Of a DNA stretch of 27,953 bases, positions 1 to 7,132 are shown in pieces. The number at the start of each line of letters is the position of its first letter. Positions within the stretch are counted from its first letter, which is position 1. A program made the translations under genes and the position numbers. The DNA is from a virus. The DNA is taken from IMG/VR virus record IMGVR_UViG_3300035694_000088. One strand, given 5' to 3'. The notes beneath the pieces were generated by a model that was not told where the DNA came from, searched no databases, and saw only the letters and a list, made by a program, of their open reading frames with translations.

Positions 1-1
1 G

Positions 2-106
2 GTGCAGGTGGCGACCGTCGCGGTCGGGCAGGTGAGCGTCGACGAGATCGCCGACGGCGACAGCGTGCTTGTCGGCGTGGCCAGCGGGACACCGGGGATC
101 GACTAG
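2..106 (+). CDS. 3' end of a hypothetical gene entering from the left edge (partial)
   Basis: Frame 2 is open from the window edge (VQVATVAVGQVSVDEIADGDSVLVGVASGTPGID*) with G/C-ending codons. The TAG at 104-106 lies just before the next + ORF. Confidence 0.45.
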   Translation: MQVATVAVGQVSVDEIADGDSVLVGVASGTPGID

Positions 107-114
107 GGGGTTGA

Positions 115-483
115 GTGGGGGGCAAGCACCGGCTGCATGGGGAGCGACCGCGCGGTGGGCGACTGGTGTGCATCTACTTCGGGGAACCGACCGGGGGGGA
201 GCCGTCGGCGATCCGGGAATGCCGGGAGTGTGAGCGGCAGGTCATGGTGGCCACGCTGATGTTGCCGCTGGTCGAGTCGGGGCAGCTCTACCCGGTGTGC
301 CACCAGTGCAACGCTGGGCGCACGGTGACGATCCACCCCGTTGAGGAGGCGGAAATATCTCGTCGAGGATGGTTGGGCGCGGCGTGGCGACGCGTCGCCC
401 AGTTCAACGAAACCAGCATGGCGTCGCCCCCGGATTTCATCCAGATACAGCAGTTACTCGTCGAGCGGGATCATCAAGGTTGA
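115..483 (+). CDS. Hypothetical protein with two CxxC pairs (putative Zn finger)
   Basis: GTG start after a G-rich stretch. Contains CRECE and CHQC. Converges on and overlaps the minus-strand HTH gene by 47 bp. Confidence 0.55.
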   Translation: MGGKHRLHGERPRGGRLVCIYFGEPTGGEPSAIRECRECERQVMVATLMLPLVESGQLYPVCHQCNAGRTVTIHPVEEAEISRRGWLGAAWRRVAQFNETSMASPPDFIQIQQLLVERDHQG

Positions 484-1036
484 CCTCGGGGTGATCGAGC
501 AGCCATGACGCGCGCCGGTCAGCGACGTAAACCTTGAACGCCGCCCAGGAGTACAGCAGGCGCGGCGTGGGGGAATCGACCTCCATCAGCGCGACCGGCC
601 GGGGGAAACCGGGGGAGATCTTCCACCGGTGCAGTGTCCCCAGGGGCACCGTGGACAGCCGTTGCAGACCACGCAGGGAAGTCGCCTGCCGGGCCACGGC
701 CTGCTCCTCGGTGATGGTGGGCAGCGCCCGAAACTCTTCCCGTACGTCGTAGCGGGCCGCGCTGCGCTCGAAGTAGTCGGCGACCTGCTCCGGTGACCAC
801 AAGGGCACCCCGGCGTGATCGTAGGCGGGTCGGGAGATCCGCCTTAGCACGCTGCGTTCACCGTGGGCGTCGGACAGTACGGCGGTCATGATGGTGCGGG
901 GCTTCAGTCCGGTTTGGGCGGCGACCTCTTGTAGGGTCAGGGAACCGTCGGGGGCGGAGTTGACGGTGGCAGCCTGCTCACGCCACAGGGGCAGGCGGGC
1001 GGCGGTGCTGGGTTCGTCGGCCACGGCGGTTGTCAT
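437..1036 (-). CDS. Tandem AlpA/Xis/MerR-like helix-turn-helix DNA-binding protein
   Basis: Two HTH-like units: LTLQEVAAQTGLKPRTI...P..DHAGVPLWSPEQV and SLRGLQRLSTVPLGTLHRWK..PGFPRP...LLYSW. ATGA overlap with the upstream gene. Confidence 0.7.
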   Translation of the reverse strand: MTTAVADEPSTAARLPLWREQAATVNSAPDGSLTLQEVAAQTGLKPRTIMTAVLSDAHGERSVLRRISRPAYDHAGVPLWSPEQVADYFERSAARYDVREEFRALPTITEEQAVARQATSLRGLQRLSTVPLGTLHRWKISPGFPRPVALMEVDSPTPRLLYSWAAFKVYVADRRASWLLDHPEVNLDDPARRVTAVSG

Positions 1037-1470
1037 CCTCTTGCCTCTCGGATCCGGTGTGCCTCAGTTGATGCGGAGATCATGGCGAGACCGAAGTGGT
1101 AGGCGCCTTCAGCTCGGAGCATCGCTTTGGCGTCCGATGCTTCCCCTCCATCCTCGAAGTGCAGGCCGAGCTCGACCATGCCGACGTCGACAACGTCGTT
1201 GTAACGCATCGGCGCGTCACTGGCTTGGACTTTCAGGGATCCGGCCGACACTGGCGTCCCGTCGATGGTGACGTAGAGCAGGGGATAGTTCGCAGTGGGC
1301 GCTCCGACAGCGTCGTAGGCGGGGACGATCAGGGCGTCGGGGTTGGCGGCGGCGACCACGGCGTCGACAAGCTCGCCTAACTGAAAGATCGGCGCGTCGC
1401 TGCCTTCCAGCGTCGGCGCGTTATCGAGCACTTTTCGGGCTGCCGCGATGGCGGCTTGACGATCGAACAT
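1033..1470 (-). CDS. Hypothetical protein
   Basis: Start reassigned to ATG 1470 (MFDRQAA), preceded by the RBS GAGGGGAG and a copy of the repeated promoter motif. Confidence 0.7.
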   Translation of the reverse strand: MFDRQAAIAAARKVLDNAPTLEGSDAPIFQLGELVDAVVAAANPDALIVPAYDAVGAPTANYPLLYVTIDGTPVSAGSLKVQASDAPMRYNDVVDVGMVELGLHFEDGGEASDAKAMLRAEGAYHFGLAMISASTEAHRIREARG

Positions 1471-1488
1471 GGGCACTCCCCTCGGTAG

Positions 1489-1513
1489 TCGGAACAGACC
1501 CCACTGTACCAGG
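1489..1513 (-). promoter_or_regulatory. Repeated phage promoter-like motif, copy A (divergent)
   Basis: Minus strand reads CCTGG-TACAGT-GGGGTCT-GTTCCGA, followed by an RBS and ATG 1470. Confidence 0.6.
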
Positions 1514-1558
1514 TGGTGCCGTCGCGAATCTCTCCCGCCGAGGGGCGACCCTGTCACC

Positions 1559-2284
1559 TCAGCCCACGGTCACCGGTGGCTTCGGGGCCAGTCGCCGAGC
1601 CGTGCGCGACAACGGGCTCGCCTTCAGCTCCGTGCTGCGCCACTGCTCGTAGCGCTCGCCGAACACCTGGCTCACCGCACCGTCTTGCATCACGATCAGA
1701 TACCCGCCCGGTGTCATCGAAAACGGTGCCCGCAGCTTGTTCATGAAATCGAACGGGCCCACCGTCGCGGCCGGATCGAACCACCGGGGCAGCACGAAGT
1801 TGCTCACCTGCACCGGTGTGCCCGCCACCGGGATCACATAGGAGTCGCCCTCCACCGGGTCACCGACCTCCACGGCGATCGACCGGGTGCCGTCGGCGTC
1901 GGCGTAGAGGTTGCAGTAGGGGTCGGCGAAGGTCTCCAGAACCTCGTGTGACAGCACGGAGGCCACCGACAGTGGCGCGGTCAACGCGTTGCCACCGTGG
2001 GTGAGCACGGGTCGGACGAACACCCGACCGTAGACGATGTCACCCTGGGCGAGGTTGTGCCAACCCAGTGCCCCGGCCTGATCGGAGTCGTCGAAGACGC
2101 CGATCACCCACGAGCCGGGGGGCGCGGACTGCTCGGTCGGCGAGTACACCACCGGGAGGGGGGTCTTGCCCCACGCGGGCGCCGCCTGGTAGCGCAGTTG
2201 CCATGCCACGGCGCGCACCGCGAGCTGCACATCGGGGGAGGTCATCAGGCTGGAACGGTTGACCACGGTGATGATAGCGATCAC
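1559..2284 (-). CDS. HExxE-motif putative metal-dependent hydrolase (Phi-1/EXORDIUM-like or zincin-like)
   Basis: Motifs ALGWH, SVLSHEVLETFADP, EVGDPVE and VSNFVLPRWFDP. Start placed approximately at GTG 2284 next to AGAAAGG; the longer 2440 start looks non-coding. Confidence 0.6.
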   Translation of the reverse strand: MIAIITVVNRSSLMTSPDVQLAVRAVAWQLRYQAAPAWGKTPLPVVYSPTEQSAPPGSWVIGVFDDSDQAGALGWHNLAQGDIVYGRVFVRPVLTHGGNALTAPLSVASVLSHEVLETFADPYCNLYADADGTRSIAVEVGDPVEGDSYVIPVAGTPVQVSNFVLPRWFDPAATVGPFDFMNKLRAPFSMTPGGYLIVMQDGAVSQVFGERYEQWRSTELKASPLSRTARRLAPKPPVTVG

Positions 2285-2404
2285 CCTTTCTGTGTGAACG
2301 AAAGTGCACCTGCACGGACGCCACTGCCGCACGGAACGCTCGCCGGGGCCAGCGCGGGATGCCGGTGCATGTGGTGCAAGGTAGCCGCCGAAGGCCGCAA
2401 CCCC

Positions 2405-2431
2405 GACGGGACACCCGGGCCGGTGCCCGTC
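2405..2431 (-). terminator. GC-rich hairpin immediately after the terL stop (possible terminator)
   Basis: Minus strand reads GACGGG-CACC-ggcccg-GGTG-T-CCCGTC right after the TAA at 2433. There is no U-tract. Confidence 0.35.
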
Positions 2432-2432
2432 C

Positions 2433-5273
2433 TTAAGCAATCAGCTTCACGGGGGACGGACCCTTCATGGCTAGCGCAGGCACTAGCCCTACCGCCGCCC
2501 ACACCGCCGCGTCCAGTTCGTTCGGGGATTCAGCGTCCCCCGGTACCCACGAGGTGAATCCGTCCTCCACGCCGGGGATACCGCCGACCATGTGCGCGCG
2601 GCGCTGCTCGAACATTCCCGCCACAGGCTCCGCCCGGGTGCGCTTGCCCACCGAGGCGTGCACCTTTTTGATCCGGGGCGTGCGGGCCTCGATCTCGGTT
2701 GCCACCATCCGCAGCATCGTGGTGCACAGGTCCCCGCCCTGATTGGTTTCGATCACGATGGCGTCGGCGGCCCACTCGTCGGCGACCTCCAGTGCCCGGC
2801 GTGCCCACCGGCGCGGTGTACCGCGCATCGTGGCGTCTTGGAAGAAGTACAGGTGCGCGCCCTCCACCAGGGCCGGTGTGCCTGTCCAGCCGTGCACCGG
2901 GGTCGGACCGAGCCCGGCGACGACGATGCCGCACGCGTCGGAGGACTCCCCAGCGGTGACGCACGGGTCGACACCGACCACGACGCGGCGCAGCATCGGC
3001 ACGAGGTTGCCGTCGAGTACGCGGGTGGCTTCGATGAGGGCCTGGGTGACCAGAGCACCCTCGACCTCGTCGAGCATTTCACCGGCAAGCTCTTGGCGGC
3101 CGACGGTGGTGCCCTTGTACCGCAGTTCCATTTCGTGCAGGAAGGCGGCGGAGAGGTTTTCGCGGTTCTCGAACGTCGAGCCGGTGGTGAGGTGAACGGC
3201 CGGGTCGCCGCCTTTGGCGCGCGCGAGCAGTTCGCGCAGCACGATCGCTGACCGGCGCGGCGTCGTCGTGATGATCATCCGGGGGTGTTTGCCGATCCGC
3301 AACGCCGGGATCAGCGACTTGTCCCACAGTTCCTTCTGCTCCGGCCCGAACGACGCCAGCTCGTCGCACCACGCCCCGGACAGGTTGTACCCACGGAGCC
3401 GGTCCGGGGCGTCCGCGCTGGCCAGTACGATCCGGGAGCCGTTGGTGAGGTAAAGGACGTAGTCGGACTTGTTGTAGTGGTGTAGCTGCGGACCCAACGC
3501 CGCCACCAGACCCGACGGCCCCTCAGTGCAGATCTTCCGGGCGTCACCGAACGTCGGGGCGATCATCGCGTAGTCACCACGGGTGGTCGTCGCCCACTCG
3601 GCGAGCACGTTGGACCCGACGTGGGTGTTGTGCGTGGGGATCATCGCCTCCCCCGCGAGGTACATGCTATGCGGCGAATCCACGGTGATGCAGCGCATCG
3701 GCACCGGATCGATCGGCTCCACCGAGACGATCATGCGATGGTGATTGCGGAGACTCTGCGCGCCACCGGGATGCACCCGATCGGCCTTACGTGGTACCGA
3801 GAACGGGTTCCTGGTCGGGCGCCACGTCACCCGATACTTCTCGCCGTAATCAACACCGTTGAGCATGGCGCGGCCAACGGCGAGGACCGGCTTCTGGCCG
3901 AGAGAGCGAGCTAGGTGCACGACAGCGTCGGCGAGGTTCCGGCGCACCGAGCAGAACTCAACCTGGCCGTTGTCAGAATCGCAGTAGCCGTCTGAGTCCA
4001 TGAGACCCCGCAGGAGCGCCTCACGCTGCTCGATCGAACCCCACAGATACCTGAACGGTACGCGCTTACTCCCTAGCACCCCAGAAGCCCTAAGGTCACC
4101 GATCAACCCGTAAACGCTGAAAGTAGACGCGCCAGAGTCGGGGTCATCCTGTCCGTATCGAGCGCTAGTCTCGTATCCCGCGCGTCTAACCTGGGTGCGC
4201 ACCGCCTCCTCGTCGTGACGATTGGTAGTCAGCGTTCCAGCGTCTGTCGCTCCATTGCCAAGCCAATAGCCCAATACCCAGGGATCTACATCTAAGTCTT
4301 CCCTACGGGGGAGATCTAAGGGTCCAGCGGTGGGAACACAGTGGTTGGTGTCGCCTCTTTTGCCGACGGTAAGGGTGTCTACAATCTCCTGGGTGGTCCT
4401 GATCTGTGGTCCAGTGGCGCTGGGACCGGATTGCGGCTGCGGTTCGAGGAAGCGGCCAGCTTCAAGGTGAGGGCGCAGCGCTTGTCGGGCAACGCCTATG
4501 GACTTGGCGGCCTGTCGGGCTGACCAGCCCTCGCCGACTCGCCGAAGTGCGAGCTCTACGGCATCCCGAGGTAGCCACCTGGTCGGCAGTCGCTTTGCTC
4601 GCCAAGCGGGCCACTCGTCAGGGAAGCGGGTAACGTCCCGCTCGTGCTGTGAACGAAGGTAAGCCTTGCGCTCAGCGTGGGTCCACGTCACCCACTGATG
4701 CTCATCGCAGGCGTCAATGTGCGTGTCGTCAGAGAACGTAACTCGGTACGCGCGCGCGGGCACTCGATCGAAGACGCCGGTCACCTTGCAGGGGTGACCT
4801 GCCTCGTCGAAGACCTCATCTCCGACGACGATGTCGCCCATTCGCTTCCAGCCTGATGCGGGCAGACGAGACTCGGTAGGTAGCATGCTGTCATGATGCA
4901 CTGGTAGCGGACAGTCAGTGTGGACCGCCTTCCCCCACCCACGACCCGACATGATCACCCAGTAGAGCCAGTCGTCACCCTTAGGCGGTAGCTGGGTGGG
5001 CCGGGCGGTGCGCCGCCACGGGCGCGGCGGCAACGGCTCGATCTCCCGCAGCGCGTACAGACTCGGGTGGGCCTCCTCCACCCAGTCGGGCACGACCAGC
5101 GTGCCCATCTCGCCCCAGCCGACCCCCTTGCCGATCGTCGGTGGGGCCAGCACGTCAGCCGGAGTCGGCGCCGCAGGCATGGACCGGATCAACGCCTGCG
5201 CGGCGGCGAAGATCTCCGCATCAGCGTCGGCGGCGCCCGCGCGGGTGTAGGCGCCGCGCCGGGTGGTCGGCAC
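2433..5273 (-). CDS. terL: Terminase large subunit (Terminase_6-type) containing an intein
   Basis: ARPTQLPP.GDDW.YW.IMSGRGWGK/T Walker A (split by the intein), RLRGYN..GAWCDE Walker B, ITTTP motif C, RQEL.GE, and nuclease VGVDP...D..GIVV...ETNQGG...K..RAEP...NELDA. The ORF is open to 5351, so the start is uncertain (GTG 5273 preferred). Confidence 0.92.
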   Translation of the reverse strand: MPTTRRGAYTRAGAADADAEIFAAAQALIRSMPAAPTPADVLAPPTIGKGVGWGEMGTLVVPDWVEEAHPSLYALREIEPLPPRPWRRTARPTQLPPKGDDWLYWVIMSGRGWGKAVHTDCPLPVHHDSMLPTESRLPASGWKRMGDIVVGDEVFDEAGHPCKVTGVFDRVPARAYRVTFSDDTHIDACDEHQWVTWTHAERKAYLRSQHERDVTRFPDEWPAWRAKRLPTRWLPRDAVELALRRVGEGWSARQAAKSIGVARQALRPHLEAGRFLEPQPQSGPSATGPQIRTTQEIVDTLTVGKRGDTNHCVPTAGPLDLPRREDLDVDPWVLGYWLGNGATDAGTLTTNRHDEEAVRTQVRRAGYETSARYGQDDPDSGASTFSVYGLIGDLRASGVLGSKRVPFRYLWGSIEQREALLRGLMDSDGYCDSDNGQVEFCSVRRNLADAVVHLARSLGQKPVLAVGRAMLNGVDYGEKYRVTWRPTRNPFSVPRKADRVHPGGAQSLRNHHRMIVSVEPIDPVPMRCITVDSPHSMYLAGEAMIPTHNTHVGSNVLAEWATTTRGDYAMIAPTFGDARKICTEGPSGLVAALGPQLHHYNKSDYVLYLTNGSRIVLASADAPDRLRGYNLSGAWCDELASFGPEQKELWDKSLIPALRIGKHPRMIITTTPRRSAIVLRELLARAKGGDPAVHLTTGSTFENRENLSAAFLHEMELRYKGTTVGRQELAGEMLDEVEGALVTQALIEATRVLDGNLVPMLRRVVVGVDPCVTAGESSDACGIVVAGLGPTPVHGWTGTPALVEGAHLYFFQDATMRGTPRRWARRALEVADEWAADAIVIETNQGGDLCTTMLRMVATEIEARTPRIKKVHASVGKRTRAEPVAGMFEQRRAHMVGGIPGVEDGFTSWVPGDAESPNELDAAVWAAVGLVPALAMKGPSPVKLIA
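3627..4928 (-). mobile_element. Class 3 intein (434 aa) with LAGLIDADG homing endonuclease in the terL Walker A
   Basis: GRGWGK|AVHTDCP...IPTHN|THVGS. Ala at position 1, block B DEHQW, block F MRCITV and block G THN give the W-C-T triplet. LAGLIDADG blocks are LGYWLGNG and LRGLMDSDG. Confidence 0.9.
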
Positions 5274-5380
5274 TAGCGCAGGATATAACTCGCCGTCACC
5301 AGCAAGCGGTAGGCTGGGCAGTAAGTGACCCCAGGGTGTTGGAAGCACCACTGGGGTCCACCGACCGGTGAGGGGTCGAC

Positions 5381-5950
5381 ATGGACAGCATAGAGCAGTG
5401 GCGTGACGTTGTCGGGTACGTCGGGCTGTACCAGGTCAGTGACCGCAGCCGCGTACGAAGCCTCGACCGATCTAGCCATCGAGGTGGACGGAAGGATTAC
5501 ACCGTCTTCTTGCGCGGCAAGATAATGACATCGGTGATCAATGCCAACGGCTATCATCAAGTGACACTATGCCGGGAAGGGAAACGTAAAACTGCCCAAG
5601 TCCACATCCTTGCCCTAGAGGCATTCGTCGGCCCTCGACCCGATGGGGCAGACACTCGGCACCTCGACGGGAATAGAGCAAACAGCTATTTATACAACAT
5701 AAAGTGGGGCACCAAATCGGAGAACGCCCAGGATCAGTTGCTGCACGGGACTCATGTTGCCCGCAGGAAGACCCACTGTCCGCGAGAGCACGTCCTAGCA
5801 CTACCGAACCTCACGGCCAACAGTGTCCGACGCGGGTGGCGTAGCTGTCTGGCCTGCCAGCGAGGACGCGCTTGGGTGGACTACCACCCACGAGAAAACC
5901 TACAGGAAGTGTCGAACCGCTACTACCGCGAGATCATGCAGGCGGCCTAG
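5381..5950 (+). CDS. Free-standing NUMOD4-HNH homing endonuclease with C-terminal Cys/His module
   Basis: NUMOD4 EQWRDVVGYVGLYQVSD..RVRS; HNH VHILALEAF.G..P....RHLDGNRAN...N..WGT.SEN; C-terminal KTHCPREH...CLAC. RBS GAGGGG upstream. Confidence 0.92.
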   Translation: MDSIEQWRDVVGYVGLYQVSDRSRVRSLDRSSHRGGRKDYTVFLRGKIMTSVINANGYHQVTLCREGKRKTAQVHILALEAFVGPRPDGADTRHLDGNRANSYLYNIKWGTKSENAQDQLLHGTHVARRKTHCPREHVLALPNLTANSVRRGWRSCLACQRGRAWVDYHPRENLQEVSNRYYREIMQAA

Positions 5951-6209
5951 TCTCGATCATGTCGTGGCAGCAGTCGAGTAGGGCCTGCACGGTCCTGGCG
6001 ACCTCCGGATGGTGCCAGGCGGCGAACGCCTCCGGGGTGATGTCCAGGGAACTGGCGAGCACCGCCTCGTAAAGGTCGAACGCGGCCCGGTAGAGGCGCG
6101 CGCCTTGGCGGGTGATCGGGAACAGGTCGGGTTTCATTCGCACGACAGCGGGATCGACCCGCATGGGAACGGTGACGAACGGGGTTACCGGACGGTCACC
6201 ATTTGTCAT
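5934..6209 (-). CDS. Hypothetical protein
   Basis: ATG 6209 (MTNGDRP) follows GGGAGAG and overlaps the VRR-NUC gene end. Its 3' end overlaps the HNH 3' end by 17 bp. Confidence 0.55.
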   Translation of the reverse strand: MTNGDRPVTPFVTVPMRVDPAVVRMKPDLFPITRQGARLYRAAFDLYEAVLASSLDITPEAFAAWHHPEVARTVQALLDCCHDMIETRPPA

Positions 6210-6627
6210 CAGCTTCTCTCCCGTCGCCTGGGTGCTTGAAATTGTTGCGCCAACTCGGATCATCGAGGTGGTCGAGTAACTGCTCTAGGTGCGCCACGGA
6301 CTGCACCCAGCCCACCAGCGCGCCCGCCTCCTGCCACCGGCGCATCTCGCCGAGCTGATCCGGGTCGGGGGTCTTGCCGGGACGCTTGACCTCGATGGCC
6401 ACGAAGCGGCCCTTGCGGCAGGCCAGCACGTCCGGTGTTCCCCGTTTGCCGTAGCTCGTCTGATGCTTGGTGATCGCATACCCGCCCAGGTTCAGGCGGG
6501 CGAGCACCCCGGTTTTTACTGCCGCCTCGGTGACCGGCCGGGCCGTGCGCCGTCGAGACTTCGGCAGCACCGCCCGGGGGGAATCGAGGTTCGGGTCGAC
6601 GGTGAACCCCTCGAACGCCGAGGTCAT
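6196..6627 (-). CDS. VRR-NUC family PD-(D/E)XK nuclease / putative Holliday junction resolvase
   Basis: TEAAV...GTPDVLACRKGRFVAIEVKRPGK....Q...M..W..AG..VG.V.S pattern. Confidence 0.85.
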   Translation of the reverse strand: MTSAFEGFTVDPNLDSPRAVLPKSRRRTARPVTEAAVKTGVLARLNLGGYAITKHQTSYGKRGTPDVLACRKGRFVAIEVKRPGKTPDPDQLGEMRRWQEAGALVGWVQSVAHLEQLLDHLDDPSWRNNFKHPGDGREADDKW

Positions 6628-6806
6628 GACGCCCCCCCGTGTGAGTAGTGACGTGCACGTGCATCGGAGGTTGCGCGGGGGATCCGCCAGACCACCGTAA
6701 GGACGCAGAAGTGCAGGTTATTTGGCCCGATGTAGAGCCCGATCCACCAGTCGGCGGAGTCGCGATAGACCTTGGATCGCTTCAGTCGACCAACGGTGAT
6801 GTTCAT
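6624..6806 (-). CDS. Small hypothetical protein
   Basis: ATGA overlaps at both ends. Aromatic-rich 60 aa. Confidence 0.6.
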   Translation of the reverse strand: MNITVGRLKRSKVYRDSADWWIGLYIGPNNLHFCVLTVVWRIPRATSDARARHYSHGGAS

Positions 6807-7132
6807 GAGGGGGGCGCCGAGTCGGGGAGCATCTTCAGCACCACACCGCTACGCCCATCCGCGCGGGTGATCTTCGCATCGTCGTCGGCGGAATGCCCGT
6901 GGGCGATCCCTTCGAGCACGACCACGTCAGGGATCAAGATCAGTGCTCCCGGGCTGCCCCACCCGCACCCGCAGGTGCACAGCAGGGCTTCACCGGTGTC
7001 GATACAGCGCCCGAGCACGATCACCACCCCCTCGATGTCCAAGGCGACGTCCAAGGCTCGCATGAGCAGCCTGATCTGCTCCATCTCCGAGTAGTCCGTT
7101 GTGGCGATGTAGGGCACCATCCGTCCGGGCAT
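6803..7132 (-). CDS. Hypothetical protein (CTCGCG motif)
   Basis: TGATG coupling with the helicase stop at 7132. Confidence 0.6.
   Translation of the reverse strand: MPGRMVPYIATTDYSEMEQIRLLMRALDVALDIEGVVIVLGRCIDTGEALLCTCGCGWGSPGALILIPDVVVLEGIAHGHSADDDAKITRADGRSGVVLKMLPDSAPPS

Noticed and set aside
2285-2432. tRNA or structured ncRNA in the terL downstream gap (also 21602-21712)
   Set aside because: No cloverleaf or recognisable family; only single hairpins are seen.
5274-5950. Group I intron carrying the HNH and splitting terL
   Set aside because: The HNH is antisense to terL, the terL motifs are complete downstream, and no intron core was recognised.
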